From the NCBI RefSeq assembly GCF_006345805.1, contig NC_042997.1, positions 80,476,001 through 80,540,000 on the forward strand: a stretch of 64,000 nt of DNA, given 5' to 3'. Below the pieces are notes generated by a model that saw nothing but the letters and a program-made list of their open reading frames with translations, was not told the DNA's origin and made no database searches. A program made the position numbers and the translations under genes. This stretch comes from Octopus sinensis (lineage: Eukaryota). Below are positions 50,081 through 64,000 of this stretch, one piece after another; position 1 is the first letter of the stretch; the number at the start of each line of letters is the position of its first letter.

Positions 50081-52260
50081 CAAAGGAAAATAGAAATTCT
50101 AATGCAGTAAATGTTACAGAATCACTGGATCATTTAGGCTGCTTGTGAGCTTCAAACACGTGTATGAATGTCTTTCAAGATGTACAGCATTCATATTGTT
50201 GGTACTTCTGCATCATCAAGTATGTTACTAAGGTTTCTGAAAACCTGCCACCATTTTTTAGTGAGTATGATTAGTTATGGAGAGAGAACTAAAAGTTCAA
50301 TCCCTAGAGTAGACAGTCTTCAAAGGCATTGTATTCATAACAGAACTGAAGTGCTCTTCAACTGTAGGAAACTCCACTACTACAGTCCATCACAGTCCAC
50401 ATCTTGATATCACTCAGTGCACGAGTAGTGATGAAAGAGTCATCAGGGGGATTTGAATCCCTAGGCAGAATTTAAACTCAGAACTCTTAACAGCCAGAAC
50501 AGATACTATGAAACATCTCATCTAACCCTAACAATTCTGCCAGTTTACTACTCTGGTTGGTCCATTATTTATCATCTCTGAAAGAATGTAAAGCAAAATT
50601 GACTTTGGCAGAATTTGAACTCTGAACAGAGAGAACTGAAATACTGTAATGCACTCTATCTAATTCTCTTATGACTGCCAATCCATTGTCATACAACATT
50701 CACATATAAGTCCATTGATATACATTACTTCTGTAATTAAATGAAATACTAATAAAGGAACTTCAGTGCAGTTGCTCAAAAGACTAGCAATAGTAGCCAA
50801 ATTCCCTCAAATCCCACCTTACTATATTGAAACAGGAAAGATATATTGGACAATATAAAAAAAGATGGGATGGTGAAGACTGGAATCTTTTTAATAACAG
50901 GTTTGCTCAGTCAGAGTTCACCTGTAGCTAAACAGCAACTCTTAAATTACAAAAATATACAAAATAACAATAAACATAAGATATACAACTACAAATATTT
51001 TATAATCATTATCTTCTTTTGAATAAATAACAAAATAAAGATATTCTATTCAGTTTCAGATTTGCATCGATGCATATAGAAGAAAATACTCCATGTAGAA
51101 GAATCTTTGTGGAAATTCTATTGTTTAAAAGAATTTTTACACTTTTTCTTGACTATTTAACTTGGTTTTTGTCAAATTAGTTTCCGTTCAAAAGTAAGGA
51201 TAATGAAGCAACACTTTAAAAGAAATTTGCGACTTTGTTTTTCCAGTGAAAATCATTTGTTAAAAAATAAAGATTAGCCTAATTATGGAAATTCAAAACC
51301 ACAAACACTGTCTCTCTTGCAGTGTTACTGCAAAGGTTAATCGTTAATAAAAGAACATTTGAAACGCATATCAAAATAAGTGCACGAGTAGTGATGAAAC
51401 AGGTTAAATATGATTTAAATATGATTGTTCAAAACAAATTTTTCCATGCTGCAATAACTGAAGTCTACAAAGTTGTAGCATTTTCTATTTATTTGTGTAT
51501 AAGACAAGACACCTTTACAGCTTTACAAAAGAAGAGAGAAAGCAACTGATGTTTCATGTCTTTGGAGTTTATTAGTGATCAAATAGAGTAGGGCCATTTC
51601 ATAGTGACTTTTCTATAATTTATTAGAAGAATGATGGATATGATTGAAACTTAAGCAATTACACAAGAGATGCAACAAATGGAAAGAAACAGGTTAAATA
51701 TGATTCATTGGAAATACAATGTTAACTTGTAAGTAAATGTAGAATGTACCAGGGTGAGACAAATAAATCAGTTAATGTGTCCAGGACAAAAGATTGCAAT
51801 AATATGGGTGTGTAATGTCAACAGATGACACATGTTTGATAGAAAAATGTATTGACTTAATAATAAAGTGTAAGAGACAGGTAGATCAAAGAAGACTTGG
51901 TAATTTCATACTAAGAAGTAGTTGTAGATGATGTAAATTTCAAGCAATTTTAGTGCTCCCTATTCTACTACAGTAGTAATAGTGCAGATTGCTGAATTGA
52001 TAGTGTACAAATAAATGAATAAATAAATAAACTACCCAAGATATCGATAATTCCTCTATCACCAATGTTTCTATGACCAAGATATTAACAGTCAATGGGA
52101 TCAATTCACTTTGATTGTAAATAGATTCTACATGGTAGAAACATTTCTCAGTTGCAATGTTAAATAGATGGCCATTTTGCAAGTTGATAGTGCTAAGTTC
52201 AATTTCTTGTGTAGATACAGTTTAAAAAAGATTCATTGCACAAGCTGACTTGCCTGAGAT

Positions 52261-53080
52261 CAGTGGTTCTCAAATAGTGGATTGCAGATTAGAAAATATA
52301 ATTCAAGATCTTAGAAAATCCAAACTAATATTTCAGCTTAGTCCTTTAGTGTTCAAACTGACCAAAACCAGCCAAAATTAATTCCACTTTTATTTGTTCA
52401 AACTGGCTAGGTCCGGTCATATCCGACTGCTCTACAGAATTGCTAGAAAAATAAACAAATCACGTTATTGAATTCTCGTAGCTTTGAGATAATGTGAGAT
52501 GAAGTCTTTCCTGCCTTTATTCAAGTATAAATACTGTGAAATTGTTTAGACCATACAGTTTTTTTTCTTTTCAATATTTGAAGAGAATACACATGTATTT
52601 TAATTAATTCAAATTAATGTACCTCATCTTGAAAAATGTAAAATTGTTGGTGGTTAACATCTGGGATAATTTTAGTAACAAGTCAAACAGGTAAGATGTA
52701 TTAAGAATATGAATGAATTTTAGTGTTTATTCATAATGTTATTGTTTTTACACCTGTTGATTAAATTTACCTGTCCATAAATGTCAAATTTAATCAGAAA
52801 GATCAGCTAAAGTTAACTAACTATAAACCACTGGCATATAAGCACCCATTTACAAAATTTTAAATCTCTATGAAGAAAATTAACAAAGTTACAATCAAAT
52901 ATTGTGGACACCCCACTTGAACCTAAATAAATCAAAATTAATGTGACCAGATAAGCATTACATTTAACAAATTAATCTGAACACTAAAGGGTTAAATTTT
53001 TAAAAAGTTTACATGCAAAATGCAAGTGTCTTTTTTAAAAAAAAAAATCTGTGCACTGTGAAAATGATTAAGAATGACTT
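52261..53080. mobile_element. hAT-like MITE relic interrupted by a TTAA MITE
   Basis: Left TIR cagtggttctcaa; degenerate right end near 53065-53080. Confidence 0.45.
52342..52991. mobile_element. TTAA-type MITE, long version
   Basis: ttag|tcctttagtgttca...tgaacactaaaggg|ttaa. Confidence 0.8.
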
Positions 53081-56000
53081 TCCTAGATATGATACAACTG
53101 TATACAGCAGTACCCTCATGATAGAACAATATTCCACTCTGATCACATAGTAGCTAGCATCTCATATAACATTTCCAGGATATCTAGTACCTGTTCTCAA
53201 TGTATAAAATTAATATATTGCCAAAATTTACAATGAAATTATTGCAATGGATTTGAATTAAAGGTTAATGAGATAGCATAGTTCAACACATTTCTGCTTG
53301 GTCACTTTGCCTCCAATCTAGTGAACAGAATTGGGGGAGGGGGGGATTAAAACAGCATCTTTTTCAATATGATGACACTAAAAATAAATCACATAGCAAT
53401 ACTGTGCATGTTCAAGAGTACTTCTGGATTGCTATTAACTAATTTTTCTTTTCTTAAAAAATCTATATGAGGGAGAAAAAGAGTATTGAAGAATCAACAA
53501 ATTATTATTTTTCACAATCCATCCAGTTATGAAAAATTTATCAGAATTTAAAATAGAATTTTTTATTTAGTTGTTTGTTTTGTAATATTTTGCAGAACTT
53601 TAAAAAATCGAATCACCAGTTGAGTCACATGAATATTATTACACAACAGAGACACCTTCGCATACACATTGAAAAGAAAACTTATGGGAAATTTGTATTA
53701 TAATCAAGTCAAATATTTTTCTCCATCTTCTCAGAGTAATTCACTAAAGTTAGATGACAACATTTAATAAGAAGACCAATTTTGCTTCCCTCTAATTATA
53801 TGATTAACACTGAAATAACAATCATTAACAAATACTGCTGACACTACTACTGCTTCTTCCTACTCTTCATCTTATCACTGCCACTAGGTGTTCTGCTACT
53901 ACTTCTAATTAGGCATAAGGGTCCAATTTTAGAGGTGAGTTGAAATGAATTTCTGTAATGCTGTACCTTTTTGAAGCACATTAGTAAAATACCGATATTA
54001 ATGATGAGATAACAAAGGAGCCTTTAAGTGATTGCACCACCTGCTAGAAAAACTAACAAAATCTCCAAATTATATCCTGATGTCTTAAAAAGAAAAGCTA
54101 CATTAGATAATATAGTCAATATGGCTGAAATACCTTTGATTACATATCTACTCAATGAGCTTTGACCCTGGGTTAAACAACAGCAATGAATTTTTTCTTC
54201 TAGTACTTCAGAGATTTAGTGACATTCTTCTCTTGAAGCAAATATATAAGAAAACTAGACAGACACTCTGTATAACCAGCCATAGGCAGGTTTTTTTCTT
54301 CTTTAAATTGTTCTTTTAAGGACATACTGAATACTCATACATTTTGCAAGAGACACGTGTATGTTACTTTACTTTTTGGCTCATTCATAGGTAAATTTCT
54401 CAAGCAAGAAAACACACTCTTTTGTAAAACACCACTGCCAAACCTCCTCCTGCTGACTGGATTCATCTATGTCAAAAACCTGCCTGTGAGCAGCACTGTT
54501 AGTAATACTGCTTGCATTGCTATTAACATAATTTACAATAGCTTTGTTTGGCGAAATATATGAATGTATGAATATTGTTGCTGTCACCAAGCAAGTCATT
54601 AGATTTTTTCACACAAGAACTATTGTGTATAGAAACATTATTCATTTTTTTCTTTTCTTTCAATTATTTTTCACACTAGAACTATTGAGTACAGAAGCAC
54701 CATTCATTTTTTTCTTTCAAAGTGTATGTATTTTGCTGTATAATATTCTTATTCTGTTATGTTGTTCATTTGTTTTGAGTTGCTGTGTTTATTGTCAAAA
54801 CTTTCATTTGATAGGGAGTCACCTAGGTCTTGCAGCTTTCTAGGGAAACTGTAGACAAGGAAAAAATCCTACATTCAGAAAAGCCTTATTCTACCTCAAA
54901 TAAAGATAAAAAATTAAAAAAGACTTCTCAGATTTGTATGTAACATGTGTATAAGACATGGCAAAAATAAAGATCTCATTGTTAGAAAAATATTAACAAA
55001 CTGTTAATCCAAATGCTAGTTACATATGAAGAGTTTTTTTTTTTTTTACCATGACAAGAAATAATAATAATAATGGTTTGAAAATTTGGCACAAGGTCAG
55101 CAATTTTAGGGTAGGGGCTAAGTTGATTACATTCCATGCTCAAGTAGTACTCATTTTATCAAGCCCATCACTCAAATGGTTTTATTACTCTATATCATGA
55201 TTTAATACTGATGTTTCCAATCCTAGAGAAATGGCCAATTTTCCCAGAGGAATGCAACAACATATTTTAATCAATCTAAAATCATTCTTACTAATTATTT
55301 TATTGATCCACCATCCACAGTGACTTTGCTTCAGAACAAAGATAAACAAAACTGTAAAGAATCTAGTCTTGTTCCTGCCAATTCCAAACAAAAGTTATTA
55401 CTAGTTAAAAGAAGAAATTAACAGCAAAAGATAGAATAGAAAAACAAAATTAAAACAAAACTTTGAAAAAAAGGGAAATTCAAATGGAAATGAAAATTCT
55501 AGTAATATGAATTTCATTTAAAGAAATAGTTGCTTCCTTTTTTTCTTCTCTATCATTATATAAAAATATAATACAAAACTTTAAAAACATTTTCAGTGAG
55601 GAATCTAAAACATACATGCTATTAATTTATGAAAAAACAATCATTATTATTATTATTGTTGTTAATAATAATAATGATGATGATAATGAACAACAACACT
55701 AAATGAAATTACAAAGATTTTTTTTTTAAATAAAAGAAATCCATTAAGTAGCATTTGTTTGCAAAGAAATGTAAGTAAAATAGATCATATATTAAACACT
55801 AACAATCAAATCAACAAAATAATAATTTAAAAGGCTAATTATTGATCATTGGTGAATGATCTTGAAACATCACCAAGAATTAACATTATTAATTATATCA
55901 TAGTTACTTTATTCTTATAACTTTATTTTCTATTTTCTTATGTGAAATCTACAAGGGTATGTGTGTAGCTTTCACTTATGTCAAGAGGAAAGAGGTATAG

Positions 56001-56247
56001 AAATGTTACTAGAAGAATGGGAAAATGTGTGGGAGAGAGGACTAACACCAATAGATTCAACAAAAGGGTTAGTTAAGGTTCACAGCAATACTCAGAGAAA
56101 ACAACTCGACCCTGATAATGAAAATATCCAGTCAAGAAAACCAGTTGCTTAGTTAATCAGGAATACAAGGTGCCAGGAATGACCAGTGAAGCAGTATTAT
56201 CTTCCACTGCTCCATGGATAAAGACAAATGCTCATAAATATATATAT

Positions 56248-56390
56248 GGAGTGGTTGGCATTAGGAAGGGTATCCAGCTGTAGAAACACTGCCAGATCAG
56301 ACTGGAGCAGCCTCCTGGCTTCCCAGATCCTAGTTGAATCGTCCAATCCGTGCTAGCATGGAAAACGGACGTTAAATGATGATGATGATG

Positions 56391-56392
<2 letters not shown>
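56248..56392 (+). mobile_element. RTE 3'-end fragment between (TA)n and (CA)n
   Basis: ggagtggttggcattaggaaggg...gttaaatgatgatgatg. Confidence 0.88.
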
Positions 56393-56437
<45 letters not shown>

Positions 56438-56835
56438 AAAGCTTCATACTGCTGGACCAAGTCATGAAAATAATAGACAAAGTTATAACAACTGTTTAGG
56501 AAGAGAATTAGTTTAGATGAGAGAAATGCAACTCAGATTTGTGTCAGGATGGGGTACCATTTATGCCCTCTTCTTAGTTTGTTGATAACAGAAGTACTTA
56601 GCATGCCACAATATCTAACTGGGGAAGGCATTTGATAGGGCACCTGGCTCTGTAATCTAAAGATCACTAAGAAAACAAGATGAAGATGAATGGTTTGTGA
56701 GGGCCCTGTAAATTATATACAAAACTTCTATTAGTAAGTGAGAATTAGATTGCTGCTAGCTCACCCACCATATTTACAGCATCTCTGAGCACAGTCAAGA
56801 ATTTAATGTGCAGACAGGAAGCCATCAGGCGTAGG
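56438..56835 (+). pseudogene. Old RTE RT relic (domains 1-4)
   Basis: Decayed homology to 26740-27110 (KLLDQVMK, LDEMQ.GF, AFDR, EWFVRA). Confidence 0.6.
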
Positions 56836-57794
56836 TCTTGGAACATTAGGAAGAAATAAGACAAGTAGGTTCTGCTAGAGGTGCAGTAATAGCAGAGCAC
56901 AAATGAGTTGAGAGACAAACTCTATATGAGAGAAATCAAATGTGCTGTACAAAAAGGAGGGCATCAACTGGATAAAGTAGTACCAAGCAATCCAAGTTGA
57001 AGGAACTTCACTAAGAAAAAAAAGAATGCAATAAGTGGCAAAACACTAATTTGGAGAAGGCCAGTTCAAAACATGGCAATATGTGAAACACTGAACAGTA
57101 GAAGGAGGAATAAAACTTTCTGCAAAATGCATATCAATTAAGTGTTTCAAGATCTTGTCATTGTCATCTTCACTTTAGTAATGATAACACTGAAGCATTT
57201 TGCAGAATGTTTGATTCATCCTTCTACTGTTCAGTGTTTCACAAGAAGCATCCATTCAGACTATCTGGGAATGTGCCAACCTCTAATGTGAAACTAACTA
57301 GCTATGGAGTCAATCCTCCAATTTATAGAAAAATGGAAAGATACTTTACTACATGCACAGAGTACTCTTCTTCTCAAATGCATCTCTGAACATAGATGTA
57401 TGTATGTATATATGAGCACACATATATACACACATAAAAACCATGTATAAAAAGTATAAAAAATAGACACAAAGTGAATATATGTGTACTCACTCTATAA
57501 AAAGTTGTGTTCTTTTTTAGATTTAAATATAATAAACTAATAAGTTTGCTTTGCAACCTGGTTCACAGAAGAAAAACTTGGATTAGTGTATTCTACTGTA
57601 GTATCAGATAGAATCCCACTGTGTGTGTGTGTGTGCATGCACACACGCATTTCTATTTGAAAAAGTGGTTCTTGTTTCATAATCTTTTAAATTGGTTGAT
57701 GTATATTTGCAAATGTTTATGTGTCAATATCAGTTACAACAGTATTTATTCTGCATAATACATGTGTATATGTACACCCACACATATTCTGAAA

Positions 57795-58122
57795 GCTTGT
57801 GGCAGAGTAGTTAGGGTATTCAGCTTACAATTCTAAGGTCATGAGCTCAATTCCCAGTGTCGCATCGTGTCCTTGAGCCTTGAGCAAGACACTTTATTTC
57901 ATGTTACTCTGGTCTACACAGCTGACAAAAATGAATAGTACTTGAATTTCAAAGGGCCAGCCTTATCACATTTTGTGTCATGCTGAATCTCCCTGAGAAC
58001 TATATTAAAGGTACATGTGTCTGTGGAGTGCTCAGCTACTGGCATATTCATTTCATGAGCAGATTGTTCCATTGATGGGAACAACTGGAACCTCCATTTT
58101 CATAGCGATGGAGTGACAGTTC
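57795..58122 (+). mobile_element. tRNA-derived SINE, third family
   Basis: A-box and B-box-like head; gtgtccttgagcaagacacttta core. Confidence 0.7.
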
Positions 58123-59209
58123 TATACACACACATACAAATACACATTCATATATTTCTTATTTGTCCCTTATTATAGAACTCATTTACTAGATTTAGCC
58201 ATCAGATTGCAATGATCATACTAGGGGCTGCCTTTAAAGGTTTTGTTTGAAAATATCAACCCCAATAATTATTTCAAGATTTATATTTATCAAATGGCTA
58301 TATTACTTTTTGACATAAATGTATACAACTTGACACACCATTTTATACTGGGTTCCCTCAGCTTACTACATGCATGTATACATGTGTGTGGGTATGTGGT
58401 AACAAATTAAGAAAAGAGTAATCAGTGTTCTGCTGACAAGAAACTCAGGGTATCCACTTGAAACCCTGACTATAATTTTCATTATAAATATATCTACAAA
58501 CATAAACATACAAATTGGGAATAAGTTTTAAAGAATAAAAAAGAATAAATCATTGGTTGTAATGGAAGAAAGGTAGAACAACAAAGACTGTTATGAATAA
58601 ATTCAAATATACATTCAGACACATATATATGATTTAATTACCATAAATATTGCACTTCAAAAACATTACAAACAGATTTATCAAGTACAGTTAGAAATAG
58701 AACAAGATAATAGATTATCATCACATTTTCTCACCAAAAATATAAGTAAAATATATTTTCATCATTTCATTCATTAATTACATGATAACTGAAATAAGTG
58801 CCAATTTATGTCCCAAAATAAAAGATAGGTATAAAGCGCAAATGGGCAATAGATTATTTTTTTTTAATATGAAATATCTATTTAATAGAATGGTAATACA
58901 AGGAACTTAAAAAACAATCACTCGATCAAGTACTTTAAAATGGTCCATTACAAAAATGTTTTAGAAAAAGAAAAAAAAATATACAAAACCCAGGTTCGAA
59001 ATTTCCCCCAGACACGTGAAGAAGGCTGGAGAGTATATCAGCCAAAATGTTGTATTAACAACAAACAAGATGAGGACAAATATCTGTCGAATGTAAATAA
59101 TATAATACAAAACTAACAAAGAAAAGCTAACAAGAATGTCACAGTAATGCTTTAACAAACAAGAAATAGAAGCCAAATCTCCCTCAAAGTACACCCTACC
59201 ATCTTGATG

Positions 59210-59273
59210 AACAATCACTTCTCTTTGTGAAACAAGAAACGCAGTTCTCGTTTCACAAAGAGAAGTGATTGTT
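59210..59273. other. Hairpin with 29 bp stem and 6 nt loop
   Basis: aacaatcacttctctttgtgaaacaagaa-acgcag-ttctcgtttcacaaagagaagtgattgtt. Confidence 0.85.
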
Positions 59274-61694
59274 TTTGGTTAGGATGCCTTTGATTACTGA
59301 TCAGAACTAACCTGGCTAAAATATATCTGAAATCACACAGAGAATGGGTGCACAAACACACAGATGTACATATACAGATGCAAAAGTATACAATATTCTT
59401 TTGTTTGAAGACTGGATTATAAGTGTAAAAGCAGTATGTCACTATAAATCAGAATATCACTAAGGAAAAAGCATGCACTCAACAATGCTGACCAGGAAGG
59501 AGACACAGAAATGCTACTACAAGAGATTGTTGAATGAGCAATATACATGGGAGAGAAAGGAACTATTGAAATAAACTAAACAAAAAGCCCAGCCACTGAA
59601 GTTAACTGTTATAAGGCTAAAACAGTAATTAAGGACATGCAGACAAGCAAAGACAACTAATTCATCAGGAATAGTCAAGAGAATGCAGAAAATATACTAG
59701 TCACTCATATAGTCAATCAGCTAGTAGTGAAGTATGCTTTGCCTATTTACTGGCACAGTAATATCATGAACTAAAATGACTGATACAAACATGCAGCCTG
59801 AAGGAAGGATGAGGGTTGTATAAATAAGTGCCAAGTGATACATGTAGAAAGATTGAAGAAGACATGGGAAGAAATGGTAAAGGTTGATCTGAAGATGCTG
59901 AACTTCATGAAGGAGATGACAAGCAGCTGTAACAAGAGGATAGAACAATAAATTGTTGCTGCTGGTGATGATATAACAGTTTGCATAGCTATTCATTTAC
60001 ATATTTATGACCAAAAAATTACATAAAATCCATTAAGTATTTCCTTCTAAAAAGTGATTTCATTTAATGTATGGGTTTTGAGCATGTGTGAACATGTATC
60101 TGTGTATGCATGTATAAATTACAGTTTGTTTGTAGAAGAATATATAAAAATTATTGGAAATATATAGTAAACTTTTTATATTGTAAATATACTTAAAGAC
60201 AAAACAAAAGGCAGAAAATATGAACAGATTAATATAAATTGTCTCCTTGACATTTCATGTATGACCACACAATCCAATATGTCCTTCTCTGTCTTTCTTT
60301 AATGGAAGGGTGTGATATGAGAAAGATTAGATTGATTCGGTCATCTGTACTAGCCAGGTTTTGATTTCAACCCATTTGAGACTACTTCTGGAATAATCTG
60401 ATACATAACCTCCTATTGTGAAGAAATCTTAAATTAAAGTAATTATTAATTTAATTAAACAAATTAGATAAAGCATTTAAATTATAACATTTCCCCATAA
60501 CTATACATAAGAAATTTTGCAGTTTAAAAAAAACTTGATAATGAAAAACTTACTTTTTTAAAATCCTTTCAAATTCTTGATTGTTTTTGGCATCAATTGA
60601 AGCACATAGGTACTGGTTTTCATGTGATTTTAGTAGTGAAAAGGTTAAAATAATAGGTGTTATTGACTAATATTGTTTTTACCTCATAGCATAATTATAT
60701 CAAGTTAGTTTTCTAATGTTCTCTGCATTAAATATGTTAACAATAACAACTATTCAATTAAATTTGTTTGCTCTTTCAACATGCTCAGTAATTAACTGCA
60801 AGTTCAAGCAGTTAATCCCCACTCCAATCTCCTTCAGATGTAACAATTGTCAGTTTTATCCTCTACTGAAAAACATACAAAATGTAGATGCAATACAAAG
60901 AGGATGGTGGAAACTGAAGGAAGAAATGCAACAGTTGACAACAATGTTGACATCAAACAGAGTTAGAGCAACATATTTAGCACATAACTACCCAGAAAAT
61001 TGGATTAGATGGAAACAACTTGTCATGTTAAGCAATGCAAACATAGAAAAAGACTTGTGGTTATGCTAATTATGATGATCGTACAAATTTCAATGCTCTT
61101 ATCTATGTTCACAGGCTGTCAATCTCAAATGGAATGGAGGAAAAGTTATGGAAGCATGGAAAATATAAATAGTGTTTAACATCAGAAAAATCATACATGC
61201 AAAATGAAATGACAGAAAAGTTGCAAGAAAAAAAAAGGAATATTTATAATGGGGAAGTTAGAGGTGGCACAGGAGAATAGATAGGAAAAAAGCTAAGCTT
61301 TCTGTCAAGCAAGTAGCATATTTTACATGAACATGATGTAGGGAAATTTACTAGGATACACACCCACCCACAGATACATGATAAGTGAATTATCAAACAA
61401 GTTAGTAAAAAGATAAACTATGCTCATATGGAAACAAGCCAGTAGATAAATGGCCAGGATTATGTTACTCTCTCTTTCCTAAGTCACCAGCAGAAAAAAC
61501 AGTTATACAATTCAAGTATACTTATTCAAACCTAGAATTTTTCTAAAAACTGAAAAATTGTTACTTTTAAAAAATGTGACATTGAACATGCAAATTCCTG
61601 TCTTTATACAAAGAATTTTCTCTTTTATGTTATGACAAAATTCACAATCTTTAAAGTCACAAGCAATTATGTAAGTAAAAAAAAAATTTCTTTC

Positions 61695-62110
61695 AATTAT
61701 TACCACCACCACCACCACATCATTGGCACTGTTACCAACTGTCATCATAATTTCTTATCCCTTTTCCGATGCTTGCATATGTTGGAAGAGGGTCTTCTCC
61801 ATCTTATCATTGCACCATTTTTGTATGTTCTTTTTTCCTTTTTTTTTTCCCCATCATGCCTTTGCAAAGTTTAGCTTTCTGAGACCAGCTTTTACCTCAT
61901 CATTCCAGGTCTTCAATGTTTTTCCTCTTTTATTGGTCCTTCCGCTTTTGATTATATGGAACTTCTTCACTCATCTGTCATCTTCCATACACACCACATG
62001 CCTGTACCAGTGCAGTTTTTCTCTCAAACTACATCTGATTCCCCTTTATACCAAGTATTTCTCTCTCATACTAGATGACATTGCTTTTGACAATCCTGGT
62101 ACATATTTGA
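61695..62110 (-). mobile_element. Old RTE 3' relic
   Basis: Decayed homology to the GRGRPRKTW region and 3' tail. Confidence 0.55.
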
Positions 62111-62204
62111 CCTGACTTGTGATCCAATTGCTATCTATTTGAAGGTAGTAACAGAGGTAGCAAAATATTTCAAATATATTGAGCTAACAAGGGAGTCTTT
62201 AAGT

Positions 62205-62459
62205 CAGTGGTTGTCAACCAGGGTCAGTATGACCCTCAGGGGTCTATATAAGATTTTGTTGCTAAAGTTTATGTGCAACAACTTGATTATACTTCTACAA
62301 TACACAAAATACTTAATTTTTTTATAACACAATTCCTAATAGTATTTAATTATAAAGATATAATAGGATTTTATTATGCATTGAATGGTTATGAGTTTCT
62401 ATCTGAGTAAAATAGGAAATCAAACGGATTCACAGGCAAAAAATGGTTGGAAAAGACTT
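62205..62459. mobile_element. hAT MITE, paralog of 28562-28906
   Basis: cagtggttgtcaacc...aaaaatggttggaaaagact. Confidence 0.7.
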
Positions 62460-63231
62460 TGCTAAGCTTCAAGAAATAGCAACCAAATTTCCTTCAAATC
62501 TCCCTCTACCCTTAAAAATGGAAAGGATATACAGCACAATGTAATCTCTAATGACTGAAATGTCTTTCATCCTAGGTTAGCATCATCAGGGATGATCTAG
62601 GGTTAAACATACCAGTATGGAAAATGGACTTTAAATGATGATGATGATCAGTAGGCAAGATTAAAAGTGATGAATGTGTTTGACACCATAAAGCTGCATG
62701 ATGTATTGATTAAATAATTTGGGGTGACTCAACCAGGAGAAAGAAGCAATTTCTGTGTAAGGAAACAGTGGAAACCATCAAATCTTATACTCCTATCAAG
62801 CAGTCAAATAAGGAAAAAGGAAGCAGTATTTCCAGAGACAGGCAAATCCTCATGAGAAACTGTTTGAGTGTTAATAAAAACCCCAATAATCCAGCTCCCA
62901 AGAAGATATAATATGGAAGAAAGAAAAGCTGTATGGCACAATACTACAATAAAGAAAGATTACAGAAAGAACTCTTGGCTGTTAAAGTCAAATTCAAAAA
63001 AAATTTTCCTCCACTAAACATGCAAAGCTTTAGTACTAAGATGAAAAATTAATCTACTTTAGAGCAAAAATAGCTTCTATCAGGATGATTTGTCTTGAAT
63101 TAGCTACCTATACAAGGAATAATACGAAACATCCACCTCTTGAGCAACAGATCAAACACCCAAATATATTTTACTGACCAGCAGCTTATATAAGTGACAA
63201 CTATGTAAGTGCTGAAGCTGACAAAATTTTG

Positions 63232-63606
63232 TATTCTCTTATTTGTTTCAGTTATTTGACTGTAGCCATGCTAGGGCATGACATTTAGTTAAACAAATTA
63301 ATCCCCAGGACTTATTCTTTCTAAGCCTAGTACTTATTCTATCAGTCTCTTTCGCTGAACTACTAAGTTACAGGAACATAAACACATCAACATCGGTTGT
63401 CAAGCGAGGGAGGGAGGACAAACACAAACATATACATACATATTTGACAGGTTTCTTTCAGTTTCTGTCTACCAAATCCATTAACAAGGTTTTGGTCAGT
63501 CCAAGGCTATAGTAGAAGGCACTTGCCCAAGGTACCACAGAATGGGACTGAACATGGAACCATGTGGTTGGGAAGCAAGCTACTTAACACACAGCTACTC
63601 CTGTGC
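63232..63606 (-). mobile_element. Full-length tRNA SINE (family of 46515)
   Basis: Continuous reverse-complement match to both halves of the split copy. Confidence 0.88.
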
Positions 63607-63629
63607 CTACACACACACATATATATCAT

Positions 63630-63885
63630 GTGATTATGTAACTGACCAGGCTATCAGATGTTGTTACACATCACTGGTCACAATGTGTTTTGCAATGCTG
63701 TAGCCTTCAAATGAAGCCTGCTGGCTAAATGAGCAGGCCAACATTTCCTCCTGATCGAAAGAGTGACTAGAGCAACATGAAATGAAGTGTTTTGCTCAAG
63801 AACACAATGTGCCACCCAATCAGAAAATTGAACCCACGATCTAGTGATTGTGAGTGCAACAGCCTAACCACTAGGCCACATGCTT
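63630..63885 (-). mobile_element. tRNA-derived SINE
   Basis: gtggcctagtggttagg (A box), gggttcaatt (B box), tgtgttcttgagcaaaacactt core. Confidence 0.75.
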
Positions 63886-64000
63886 TCACATGTGTGTGTA
63901 TCAGAATGCATTTAAATATACATATAGAGGTGCACATACACAGATATATATTCATGTATTTGCATATACTTGTGTTTACACACATAGGCACACATCCATA

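Noticed and set aside
54381-54599. 72 aa minus-strand ORF as a host exon
   Set aside because: No recognisable motif or convincing splice boundaries
63780-63885. tRNA gene
   Set aside because: The A and B boxes belong to a SINE head; no full cloverleaf

Overview
AT-rich, CpG-depleted, microsatellite-rich eukaryotic DNA. The SINE and RTE families resemble those of Octopus (recognised from memory, not searched). No intact host protein-coding exon is identifiable; two short minus-strand segments with good splice signals suggest the window is mostly intron of a minus-strand transcript. The window is dominated by nested mobile DNA: young 5'-truncated RTE LINEs ((ATG)n tails, hairpin arrays in the 3' UTR, a C4HC3 finger inside the RT ORF), older RTE, Tx1/L1 and HERO-like LINE relics, a full-length degenerate mariner, Tc1/maT and piggyBac relics, hAT and TTAA MITEs, and several tRNA-SINE families. 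Main points of interest: (1) non-coding inverted-repeat elements in (TA)n tracts carrying minimal type-I hammerhead ribozyme motifs, one intact (29933-29975) and one split by an RTE fragment 4 nt from its cleavage site; (2) a young RTE with open frames whose middle is inverted and which encloses about 1.15 kb of older, CpG-retaining foreign DNA; (3) expanding 62-67 bp double-hairpin arrays in RTE 3' UTRs. Coordinates of old repeats are approximate.
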